From: a virus
Lineage: Duplodnaviria; Caudoviricetes
Length of the DNA stretch: 64,000 bases
IMG/VR virus record: IMGVR_UViG_3300048549_001527
Reading direction: 5' to 3' (one strand)
Below the pieces are notes generated by a model. That model was not told where the DNA came from. It ran no database searches and was given only the letters and a program-made list of their open reading frames with translations. Positions within the stretch are counted from its first letter, which is position 1. The number at the start of each line of letters is the position of its first letter. Positions 1 through 10,067 of this stretch are shown here, piece after piece. A program made the position numbers and the translations under genes.

Positions 1-3000
1 ACTATTGAAGATTCAGATCTTGTTGACTTTGATATGGATCTTCGTAAATTATGGCAACCTGAAATGGACGAAGACTCATACTTCGCCATTAAAAATGCTA
101 AGACTGGTGAAACCGAACAAATTACTTATCGTCAATATTATGATGAAATTTCCAAGTCAACAGAAAACGCATTAAAAGTTTATGCTTCTGTAAGTGGTGA
201 CGATAACAACCCAGGAACAATTTTACAGCCTGTAAGAAACCTTAAAAGAGCCGCAGACATTGCGCTTGAAAAGGCAGGTGGGAAATACGACCGTAACGAT
301 ATTAACAACGCAGTTCACATTTCAGTTGGACCTGGTGTTTACTTTGTTGATGAACCAATTTCGCTTCCTGATGATTGTGCAATGACTGCCGAAGCTGGTC
401 AGTACGCAACTATTATTCGTAAGAAGCCAGGTTGGGAAAGAACAAACGGTATTCAAGTTGGATCAGGTTGCTATGTTCAAGGTTTTGCATATATGAACTT
501 TGAGGTTGACAACTTTGACTATCCTGAAGGCGGATTTGCTATTGCTTATCGCCCAGGTGCAAAACTCAGAAGATCTCCATACATTCGTGACTCCTCACAG
601 TTGTCAAACTTTAATCGTCTTGACGTTGAACCACCTTTACAGCCGTTTAACTCAAAAGGTACTATTGCTGATCTCGGTCTTCAACTTATAATGGAGCCAG
701 GACATAGTGCTGAAGCGCTGTTTGCTGAAGGCGACGAAGTTGAGTTTTCAAATGGAGCAACAGGGTTTGTTTCTTGGACGGACGATATCAATTCAGATCG
801 CGAACTTTATGTTCGTAACATTAAACCTTGGGGTTCTGTTAAGGCTGGTATGACTTTTATGACACAGCAAGGTTCAACAGGAACAATCCAAACAGTTGGT
901 ATTGATGACTTCCCTAACAGATTAGTTGGTCGCGGCGGCGGTTGTTTGTTGGCCGATAGAAGAGTAGTTGATCCTGACTCGTTATATATTTACGTTCTTT
1001 GTTTTGGCTTTACTCCTCGTACTCAAAATGGTATGGGTTATGTTGCTAGAGACGGTGCTGGTGTTAACGGAATTGGTTCATTGTCAATCTTTGTTCGTAC
1101 TGCGTTCTATGCATTAAACGGTGGCCAGATGACCTTGAACAACTCAGGTACTCAGTTTGGCGATATATCAATGCGCGCTAAAGGTACAACTAATGTTGTG
1201 CAACCATCTTCAACAAGTGCAACTCTAATTGGTAACACTGATTTTGCTCAAGCTATTGTTGATAATAAAGATGCAATCATTGAAGATATGGTAAGTTACT
1301 TAAATGCCAATACCGCAAACGGTGGTCTTGGTTATCAAGGATATGACTCAATGAAGTGTCGCAGAGACACAGGTATTATTATTGACAACGTAGGTTACGA
1401 TGTTGCTCTTGATACAAACTATTGGGGTCGCCTAAACGGAATTACATACCAGTCGCCAATATCATATGTGGTCGTTGGTGAACAGCTTACTGAAACTGCA
1501 GGCGCAATTGAGCATCTGCAAGGAGATATTAATTACGCGTTTAGAAATGCGGATGCAAGTGTTAACACTCGCGTTGACAGATCGCTTGATGAAACAATTA
1601 ACATTCTTAATAACGGTGTAGAAAATCAAAGTACTCTTATCTTTGCTGATACTGGAGTTGAGGCAAGAACAAATGCTCGTGAATTAATTCAAGATAACCG
1701 CGACCTTATCATCAAAGGAATGGTGGATTGGATTGATAATAACGATGAATTCTTTGCCTACGATAGCAATAAATGTCGTCGCGATATTCAAGAGTATATT
1801 TTGCCAGCAACAAAATGGGACATGGTTCTTGACACAAACTATAACTCAGTTACAGCAGGTAATGCATATTATTTTAAACAAGCAAAAGTTTCAATTGAAA
1901 ACCAAAGAGATGAAACCGTTGGATCGTTTAAATATTTAAGAGACATAACTGATACCTTAATTGATGGAAATACTGCGTTAGGTTCCACAAGACTTTACGA
2001 CAAGTTTAATCAAGTTATTGATATTCTTGATAATAAAGGTGATAAATTTACTCCAACAAATGCATCTTACGACGGCACAACTGGAGAGTTTGTAATTACA
2101 ATTGCGAACCACGGTTTGACTGTTGGGCGTTATATTACACTTATGGATAACAGCTTTAAATTTACTTGTGAAGCTGATGGAAACACGGTTGTTAAAATTC
2201 ATCCAACAAAAGCTGATCCGGCATATCGCGCTTTATTGCCAATTACTGCAGTAACTGCCAACACAATTACTGTTAACGTTGGCGACGGCGGTGGATATAA
2301 AGGTGCACATACATTCGTAAGTGCAGAAAAAAGTTCAGTATCTGTTCTAGGTACGTCAATCACATTCAGTGACGATGCCTCAATTTCAGAAGACAAGAGA
2401 AACGCTCGTAAGCTGCTACAAGCTAATAGAGAGTACATCCAAGACTATATGATGACTTGGGCTGAAAACGAATGGTATTTCTACGATAGCGATAAATGCC
2501 AACGCGACACAAGTGAGTATATCTTACCTGCAGTTAAGAGAGATATGATAACAGGTTCCACATACAATGCAATCCAAGCTGGTTTTGCATATCGTACTGG
2601 AACTGGCAAGTTTCTTATTGATAACCAACTGTCTGAAACTATCGGCGCGTTTTCTCACTTAAGAGATGAAGTGATGGAAGATCTTACAGATCCAGTTGCT
2701 GAAAAGCATGCAACTGACTCCTTTAATACTCTTATTGATATTATGCAAAACTCTGGTAGAAAATATACTATCACAGACGCAACATACGATCCAGTCACAG
2801 GTGTTCAAGTATTGACTCTCGGAGAGCATGACTTTGAAACTGGAGACGAATTCTTAATGGAAACAGGAGCAGTTACATTTAGCTGTGTTAACACCGCAAC
2901 TTCAGACACAGTTGAAATTGCTCATCCAAGAACCACGGATCCATGGCATAAAACACCAATTACAATTACAGGCATAACTGATACAACAATTACTGCAAAT

Positions 3001-6000
3001 GTTGGTGGAGCAGGTGGATACACCGGCGTTCATACGTTTGTAAGAGGATTGCTAAATGGTGTTCAAAAACAAGAACCGCTAAACAACGCATTTACTCCAA
3101 CTGACTCGTCATATGATCCAGTAACTGGTATTACAACGTTTGACTTTGGAGCAAGTCATGATTTCATAATTGGCGATACAATTATGATTGACCCAATGTC
3201 AGTAACATATAGTTGTGATAATGGAAATGGTGTTGAAGAGGCTACATATCCAAGACTTACAGATCCTGCTTATAATGTTGCATTAACAATTACTGCAGTA
3301 ACTGCCAACACGATAACAGTTAACACCGGTGACGGAAACGGTTACACAGGAGCTCATACATTCGTCGGCTCCAAACCAAATGCAATTAAGAAAGCATCGT
3401 TTTATACCGGTGCGTTTACTCCAATTGATGCAACTTACAGCGCAAACACTGGACAGCTTGATGTTAAAATCGGTCAACACAGTTTACCTGTTGGCAGATG
3501 GATTAAAATCAAAGGTGAAGGAATTACCTTTACTTGCGATCATGATAACAATTTAACTGAACATGCATATCCAAGAAGAACCGATCCAGCGTTTAAACAA
3601 ATTGTTAGAATTACAGATGTGTCTGACGAATGGATTACAGTTAACGTAGGAAACGGCGGAGCAGGTTATCAATACTCTGCAAACACAGCTCATACCTTTG
3701 TATCAGCCTTACCGCATGCAATTGATACAAATGTTTCATACTTTACTGACGCAGCTAAGATTACAGATTGGCTTACACCGACAACTGCAACATACGATCC
3801 TGTGACAGGCGATATGGTTGCAACAGTTCCTAACCACGGTTTAACAACAAATGATCATGTTGAAATGAAACCGCTTGGCATGACATTTAGTTGTGACCCA
3901 GGTACTGGCGGAGGCGTTGCAAACGATTCTAATCCAAGAATTGGCGAACCAAATTACGGTAAGCCACTTGCGGTAACAGCCGTCACAACAAATACATTTA
4001 CATTTAACGTTGGCAGTGCAGGTACATATACTGGTGCTCATACGTTTGTAAGTGCTGAAGCTGGCGCAATTATGAAAGTTAGCTCAACAACCGAAGGTAG
4101 AAACGCAGCGGATCAATTAAGAGCAAATAAAGTATTCTTACAAAATGAAATCGGCGCATACATGGAAGCCAATTACTTTATCTATAACAAAGATAAGTGC
4201 ATGAGAGATACAGGTTATATCCTAAATGCTGTCGCAAGAGATATCGCAACTGGATCAAACGTCAACTCAATTTATGTAGGACAAGGATATCGTATTGGTA
4301 CTGTAGGTGCTAACAACGTTATTAATAATCAGCTTACAGAAACTGTTGGCGCAATCACTTGGCTCAAAAATAAAATTGCAACTGAAGTCTTAACAGACGC
4401 AACTGCAATTGCTCGCTCTAACGCTGCATTTGATGATATCATTGATATTATGCAAAATGGTAACGCAAGTTCGGATCCAATTGATTTTGGTGTACAAGCA
4501 ACCGAGCTTGACGCATACCACGCAAGAGTTGCATTACAAACAAATAAACAGTTTATCCAAGAAGAAGTTATTGGTTGGCTCGCAACAAACTATCCTGGGT
4601 TTGTTTACGCATACGATGCTTGTAAGCGTGACTTAGGAGTATTCATTGATACCGTATCATATGATATTCAACACGGTGGTAACGCAGCTACAGTAAATAA
4701 CACAAGACTGTATTTTGAAAATGCAATGCCAGTTTTGGCTGATGACGAAATTGTTCCAACTTCAGAAGCATATAACTTTATCGCCAATTTGGTAGGTCAA
4801 GTTATTCGTGGCGAAAATGTTATCGAACTAACATCTAACACAGCTCAAGTATTGACAGCTGAAGCAGCATATACACCAACAGGTGCAACATACGATCCTG
4901 TAACTGGAATTATGGAAGTCACAATCGGTTCCCATACATTTGCCGAAGGTGACCGTCTTTCAATTGACCCAGCAGGAATTACATTTAGTTGTGCATTTAA
5001 CGGTGGCGGACAAGACTCTCATCCAAATGTAAATGATCCAAATTATAAAGGAACATTTATCGTAACTGCAAATACTGCAACTACTGTAACAGTGAATGCA
5101 GGTACAGCAGGAACAAATACAGATGCACATACATTCGTAAGCGCAACAACTGACGCGGTAAGAGCCGCAAATATGCCTGAAGCTTATACGCCAACTGATG
5201 TATTCTACGATCATATGACAGGTCGTATGACTATGACACTTGGAAACAGACATAGATTTGCTGCAGGCGATTGGTTAATCTTCGACGAAGGCGCAATTAC
5301 ATTGTCTTGTAAAGATGTAAACGGTATTACATTTAACCTAGCACACCCAAGACCAACAGACCCAGTGTGGAATACACCAGTATATATTGATGAAGTTACT
5401 GCCGACACTGTAACTTGTAACGTTGGCGCTGCTGGAGTTGATAAAGTACATACATTCGTAAGTGCTACTGTAAACGGTGTAAGAAGATCTATTAAACCTG
5501 CTGTTGCTAATCGTGCGGTTAAAATGTTTGAAGATATCGGTCAAACATTGCGTAACAATGATGGCGAAATGGTTGCAGTTACCGAGGCAATCTTTACACT
5601 GCCAGCAACATACGGCGTTGCATTAATTGCTGATGCTGATAAAGTTTGGGGAAATAAAGCAAAATACCAAACTGAAATTATTGACCATATTACTGAAGCA
5701 TATAACGGACTTGGTTACGATGTATCCAAATGTCCACGTGATGCAGGATATATTGTTGATGCGGTTGCAGAAGACATGGAATACGGTGGTAACGCCGCAA
5801 CAGCATGGGCTGCCGCTTACTATTTTGAGAACGCAATCAACGTCTTACCTCTATATCAAAGAGCCCCAACTAAGGCCGCGTTTGAACATCTAGCAAACGT
5901 TGTAGAGGCTATTATTCAAGAAACCACAGTCACCCCAACCACAGGAAATGTAACGGTACAAAACACTTCAGGGACTGCTGCTAGTGCTTCTACCGCATTA

Positions 6001-9000
6001 ACTGCTAAGAACCTTGTAAATGTTATTTCTTCAATAGCTGATGATAATTCGCCAGTTAATGTTCCTGCTGTAACCAATGCGCCATTAATGGAGCCAAGCA
6101 GAACATTTGCACGGAAAGCGTTACAGAAAAACCGCGAGTTTATTCAGGAAGAAGTTATCAACTTTATTGATGAACAATTCTTTACAATCAACGAAGGTAA
6201 GTGTGCAAGGGATGTTGGATTTATTGTTGACGCGGTTAAGAGAGATGTTCAAACCGGTTCTGACTATAACTCTAAGTACAATGGTAAAGCATATCGTGTA
6301 GGTAACCCACTTGCAGAAAAAGTAATTGAAGAACAGCTTGCGGAAACTATTGAGTCACTCAAATATGCTCAAAGAGATCTTGAAGCTCAATTGACAGGTA
6401 CAGCATTATCTCGTACTACTGCGGCGTTTAACAATGTTTACGACGCAATGACTAATGACTATACAGCGGATGGAACTAATTACGAATATGGTGACTCTTG
6501 GTATACATTAGGCTCAGTATCCACCGAGCAAGGTATGCAGTTTAACAGAACATTCCTTCAAGAAGAAGCAATTGCATGGATCACACAAGAGTATCCATCC
6601 TTGGTATACGATCAAGCAAAATGCCGTAGAGATACAGGGTTTATCGTTGATGCATTAACTTGGGACTTAATGAACGGTAGTAATACCGCAACTCGTAACG
6701 TTGCTAAACTATACTTTGAAAATGGCGTACAAGTTGGACTACCTGCTTCACAAAGAGCTGAAGCTGCAGCGTGGTACAATCAAATGGCAACTTTAGTTGA
6801 AGCAATCCTTCTTAAACAAACTGTAACACCAACAAGTGGTAATGCAGAAAATGTTTCACAATCATTTGGGACAGTGACTGTTGCAGTTGCGCAAGAAGCA
6901 GAAGACTTAGTTAAAATAATTGCTCGCGCTGTTGCAGAAAATACTTTAATCAATATGCCTGATGAAGTTGAGCCACGTGGTTTGACAGGAGCAGGCGCAG
7001 CTGGTTATATCGTTGACGTCGCAATCTTTGATACTCGTAAGCCAATTATTCAGGCAGGAGTTGTTAACTATCTCAAAGAAAACTTCAACTATCTTCAGTA
7101 CGACCAAGACAAATGTCGCCGCGATACTGGATTTATTATTGATGGTATTTCACATGATATTCAATACGGTGGTAACTCAGCAACAGTTGGTAATGCAGGT
7201 TTGTATTTTGCCAACGCGGTTTCAATCCTGCCAATGAAACAAAGAGATGCAACTAAACTTGCATTTGAACATATGGCTGAAGTGGTTCGAAGAGTTGTTA
7301 GAAACGAAGAAGTTGATATTAAAACAGGACAAGAATTTACTCCAACCAATGTTGTTTATGACGGTGTTGCCGGCACAATGGTAATTACTCTCGGTGCAGG
7401 ACATGATCTTAAGGTTGACGATTATATTTTGTTTGCCCCAGAAAGTATTGTGTTAGATTGCGGTGCTTCGGTTGAAATTGCTCATCCACGAGTTCAAGAT
7501 CCTGCATATCAAACTCCTTGGAGGATTTCAGCAAGAACTGCTACAACTATTACATTGTCTGACCTAAAAGCTAATTATGCTGGTGCTCATACATTTGTAA
7601 GAGCTTCACTCAATGCAATTTCTAAAGTTATCGGTAATACTGAAACCCAATGGAAATCGTATACGCCAGCAAGAAGATCTATTGCAAACGAAGCAAAAGC
7701 TCTCGCAGCAATGATTGCAGATATTTCAGATGATGCAACACCAGTTAACTTGCCTCAAATGATCCAACCAAAATTAGATTGGGTACCAGCAAGACTTGTT
7801 GCAGAAAAAGAACTAATTGAAAATAATACCGTTGAATTGTCCAAGGATATGATTAACTATATTTCAAAAACATACAATGGTATCAGTTATGCTAAGGAAA
7901 AATGTCGTAGAGATGTTGGAGGTCTTGTTGATGCAATTTCACACGATGTTCAATACGCAACAAACTATGCAACAATAAGATCCTCAGAATTGTACTTCGT
8001 AAATGGATTGAGCATCTTACCGTTTGACCAAAGACAACAAACTGCAGACTTCTATGCTGAAATGGGATTATTAGTACAAGGTATTGCAACTGCAAACACA
8101 GCTACTGTTCCAGGTATGGCAACTCCAGTTGCGGGCGGTACCGCGGTTGAAGGTGAATGGGCTCAAGATATGATTACTCATATTGAAGAAGTAATTCGCC
8201 GTGATACTTTAGATGCAATGCCTGAGCTTATCGAGCCTGATACATCTTGGGTCGATAACAGTTTGGTTTGGGCAGCTGATCTTATTGAAGAAAATCTTGA
8301 TGAATTGGCCGATGATGTTACAACTTGGATCAATACAAATTACGACGTTCTTGATTACGATAAAGCAAAATGTTACAGAGACGGTAATTATTTACTCGAT
8401 GCAATTAGCCACGATCTTAATTACGGTGGTAACCTCGCATCAAGATGGAATGCTGATTTCTATTATTGGAATAACACAGCAAGACTTCCCGAGTCACAAA
8501 GATTGCCAACAGCATCAGCATATAAACAATTGGCTGAAATTTGTAGACAGGTTGTACTAGGAGATTATCCAGGGCAGGTTATTAAAGGTGACGTTTCAAC
8601 AGTTGAAGAATCAAAACATGCTTATGAGCTTGGATTAATATTCTTTAATATACTGTTTGAAGATGGACCTAAGAGAGGACTACCACCTCTTGAATATCCT
8701 GATTTTGATTATGCAGATGTTGATACATATTCTTTCGCAAGACGTATTCTTATTAATCGTAGAAAGAAATTACAATATTCAGTACAAGGATTTATCGGAA
8801 AAGAATATAAGTTCTACGATGTTAATCTTACACGCCGTGACGCAGGTAACTTACTCACATCGTTGAAACAAGACTTTGAATTTGTAAGTAACACAATTAA
8901 TCCATCTACTCAAGTTTTAACAACAGTGGAAGGTTCACAACAATCTATAAGAACATTTGCTGCTTCCCTCTTTGATGGAAACGCAATGCACGTGTTCCCT

Positions 9001-9645
9001 GTATTTAATCCAACATCTGGCAAACGAGGTCTAAATTTTATAGGAACAGTTCAGAATACCGGAGATCTGCCTGCGACTGATAAGATAAATAATGCGTATA
9101 TAGTATCAACTACGAACTATGCCGCAGGCAATAGGTATGATGGCGATATATATTACTGGAACGGAACAGTATGGGTAAACGACGGAGCAAATAACGTGGA
9201 TCTATTATATAGCTTCTATAAAGCGTGGGAAAGAATGAATACATATATTAAAACTAACCTTTCGCCAAACGCAGCTACAAATACAATGCTTGATGGTCTA
9301 TTTAATGATTGCTTGATTGCAACAACATTAAGACCAGCAAACCTAACGTTTGGAGCACTCGTCGAGTCAATTGCTCACCAGTTTAACGGAGCATCAGCTG
9401 GTGTTAACAGAACAGCATTACCACTAAACTTCAGAAACCTTGGCGCTGCAATTTCAGCATCGGCCTCGGTGATAGCTGAAGACGGTGGCAGAACTCGTTG
9501 GTCAGGCGCCGACGAATTGAATAACCAATACTTCGCAAGAGGTCTTAGAATTAACGGTAGAACAGGTCGAATTGAAGGTCGTCCGTTTACATCGTCAGTA
9601 AGAAAACTTGCAAGAAGAGCATCACAAAGTAGGGCAAGCATCTAA
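1..9645 (+). CDS. Giant modular virion structural protein (>3,203 aa; 5'-truncated by window edge): N-terminal beta-helix-like region, 12 KCxRD repeats and 8 YDxxTG...HTFV repeats
   Basis: Frame is open from base 1 (TIEDSDLVDFD) into the listed ATG at 34. GDDNNPGT..P..L..A beta-helix entry motif. Repeats visible in the translation. Sits upstream of fibre and neck genes, like the giant structural proteins of T4-like marine phages. Confidence 0.8.
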   Translation, partial: TIEDSDLVDFDMDLRKLWQPEMDEDSYFAIKNAKTGETEQITYRQYYDEISKSTENALKVYASVSGDDNNPGTILQPVRNLKRAADIALEKAGGKYDRNDINNAVHISVGPGVYFVDEPISLPDDCAMTAEAGQYATIIRKKPGWERTNGIQVGSGCYVQGFAYMNFEVDNFDYPEGGFAIAYRPGAKLRRSPYIRDSSQLSNFNRLDVEPPLQPFNSKGTIADLGLQLIMEPGHSAEALFAEGDEVEFSNGATGFVSWTDDINSDRELYVRNIKPWGSVKAGMTFMTQQGSTGTIQTVGIDDFPNRLVGRGGGCLLADRRVVDPDSLYIYVLCFGFTPRTQNGMGYVARDGAGVNGIGSLSIFVRTAFYALNGGQMTLNNSGTQFGDISMRAKGTTNVVQPSSTSATLIGNTDFAQAIVDNKDAIIEDMVSYLNANTANGGLGYQGYDSMKCRRDTGIIIDNVGYDVALDTNYWGRLNGITYQSPISYVVVGEQLTETAGAIEHLQGDINYAFRNADASVNTRVDRSLDETINILNNGVENQSTLIFADTGVEARTNARELIQDNRDLIIKGMVDWIDNNDEFFAYDSNKCRRDIQEYILPATKWDMVLDTNYNSVTAGNAYYFKQAKVSIENQRDETVGSFKYLRDITDTLIDGNTALGSTRLYDKFNQVIDILDNKGDKFTPTNASYDGTTGEFVITIANHGLTVGRYITLMDNSFKFTCEADGNTVVKIHPTKADPAYRALLPITAVTANTITVNVGDGGGYKGAHTFVSAEKSSVSVLGTSITFSDDASISEDKRNARKLLQANREYIQDYMMTWAENEWYFYDSDKCQRDTSEYILPAVKRDMITGSTYNAIQAGFAYRTGTGKFLIDNQLSETIGAFSHLRDEVMEDLTDPVAEKHATDSFNTLIDIMQNSGRKYTITDATYDPVTGVQVLTLGEHDFETGDEFLMETGAVTFSCVNTATSDTVEIAHPRTTDPWHKTPITITGITDTTITANVGGAGGYTGVHTFVRGLLNGVQKQEPLNNAFTPTDSSYDPVTGITTFDFGASHDFIIGDTIMIDPMSVTYSCDNGNGVEEATYPRLTDPAYNVALTITAVTANTITVNTGDGNGYTGAHTFVGSKPNAIKKASFYTGAFTPIDATYSANTGQLDVKIGQHSLPVGRWIKIKGEGITFTCDHDNNLTEHAYPRRTDPAFKQIVRITDVSDEWITVNVGNGGAGYQYSANTAHTFVSALPHAIDTNVSYFTDAAKITDWLTPTTATYDPVTGDMVATVPNHGLTTNDHVEMKPLGMTFSCDPGTGGGVANDSNPRIGEPNYGKPLAVTAVTTNTFTFNVGSAGTYTGAHTFVSAEAGAIMKVSSTTEGRNAADQLRANKVFLQNEIGAYMEANYFIYNKDKCMRDTGYILNAVARDIATGSNVNSIYVGQGYRIGTVGANNVINNQLTETVGAITWLKNKIATEVLTDATAIARSNAAFDDIIDIMQNGNASSDPIDFGVQATELDAYHARVALQTNKQFIQEEVIGWLATNYPGFVYAYDACKRDLGVFIDTVSYDIQHGGNAATVNNTRLYFENAMPVLADDEIVPTSEAYNFIANLVGQVIRGENVIELTSNTAQVLTAEAAYTPTGATYDPVTGIMEVTIGSHTFAEGDRLSIDPAGITFSCAFNGGGQDSHPNVNDPNYKGTFIVTANTATTVTVNAGTAGTNTDAHTFVSATTDAVRAANMPEAYTPTDVFYDHMTGRMTMTLGNRHRFAAGDWLIFDEGAITLSCKDVNGITFNLAHPRPTDPVWNTPVYIDEVTADTVTCNVGAAGVDKVHTFVSATVNGVRRSIKPAVANRAVKMFEDIGQTLRNNDGEMVAVTEAIFTLPATYGVALIADADKVWGNKAKYQTEIIDHITEAYNGLGYDVSKCPRDAGYIVDAVAEDMEYGGNAATAWAAAYYFENAINVLPLYQRAPTKAAFEHLANVVEAIIQETTVTPTTGNVTVQNTSGTAASASTALTAKNLVNVISSIADDNSPVNVPAVTNAPLMEPSRTFARKALQKNREFIQEEVINFIDEQFFTINEGKCARDVGFIVDAVKRDVQTGSDYNSKYNGKAYRVGNPLAEKVIEEQLAETIESLKYAQRDLEAQLTGTALSRTTAAFNNVYDAMTNDYTADGTNYEYGDSWYTLGSVSTEQGMQFNRTFLQEEAIAWITQEYPSLVYDQAKCRRDTGFIVDALTWDLMNGSNTATRNVAKLYFENGVQVGLPASQRAEAAAWYNQMATLVEAILLKQTVTPTSGNAENVSQSFGTVTVAVAQEAEDLVKIIARAVAENTLINMPDEVEPRGLTGAGAAGYIVDVAIFDTRKPIIQAGVVNYLKENFNYLQYDQDKCRRDTGFIIDGISHDIQYGGNSATVGNAGLYFANAVSILPMKQRDATKLAFEHMAEVVRRVVRNEEVDIKTGQEFTPTNVVYDGVAGTMVITLGAGHDLKVDDYILFAPESIVLDCGASVEIAHPRVQDPAYQTPWRISARTATTITLSDLKANYAGAHTFVRASLNAISKVIGNTETQWKSYTPARRSIANEAKALAAMIADISDDATPVNLPQMIQPKLDWVPARLVAEKELIENNTVELSKDMINYISKTYNGISYAKEKCRRDVGGLVDAISHDVQYATNYATIRSSELYFVNGLSILPFDQRQQTADFYAEMGLLVQGIATANTATVPGMATPVAGGTAVEGEWAQDMITHIEEVIRRDTLDAMPELIEPDTSWVDNSLVWAADLIEENLDELADDVTTWINTNYDVLDYDKAKCYRDGNYLLDAISHDLNYGGNLASRWNADFYYWNNTARLPESQRLPTASAYKQLAEICRQVVLGDYPGQVIKGDVSTVEESKHAYELGLIFFNILFEDGPKRGLPPLEYPDFDYADVDTYSFARRILINRRKKLQYSVQGFIGKEYKFYDVNLTRRDAGNLLTSLKQDFEFVSNTINPSTQVLTTVEGSQQSIRTFAASLFDGNAMHVFPVFNPTSGKRGLNFIGTVQNTGDLPATDKINNAYIVSTTNYAAGNRYDGDIYYWNGTVWVNDGANNVDLLYSFYKAWERMNTYIKTNLSPNAATNTMLDGLFNDCLIATTLRPANLTFGALVESIAHQFNGASAGVNRTALPLNFRNLGAAISASASVIAEDGGRTRWSGADELNNQYFARGLRINGRTGRIEGRPFTSSVRKLARRASQSRASI

Positions 9646-10067
9646 TGGCATACACAACAATTACAACATCACAGGCGCCCGACGCAAAACCGGTCGCTTC
9701 CAATTTAGAAGTAACTACAAATTGGCAAGTCATCATTGAAGTACCAGATTATGAAGTTCCGGAACTTGTATTTGGTGGATCTACTACAGTCGAAAGCGGG
9801 GTAGGCGAAGTTATTTCCCCTTTAATGTTATGTAATTACACAGCCAATACGGTTTATGTAGATTTACAAGCATTTAGATATGTATCTGGGGATTATTTTT
9901 ATATTTTAAATAATTTTCCTGTACCTGGGTTTGACACTGTACCAATTCCAATTAATGGTCAGTTTTTTAAATCAGGTGATCGTTTAGAAGTTAAGTGTGA
10001 CACAAACTTAGCTCTTCATTCCACATTGTCCTTTACATTAGGTCAATCGGAGGAGGATGACGTATAA
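9645..10067 (+). CDS. Small virion-associated protein, 140 aa
   Basis: TAATG coupling to both neighbours; beta-rich; structural context. Confidence 0.7.
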   Translation: MAYTTITTSQAPDAKPVASNLEVTTNWQVIIEVPDYEVPELVFGGSTTVESGVGEVISPLMLCNYTANTVYVDLQAFRYVSGDYFYILNNFPVPGFDTVPIPINGQFFKSGDRLEVKCDTNLALHSTLSFTLGQSEEDDV

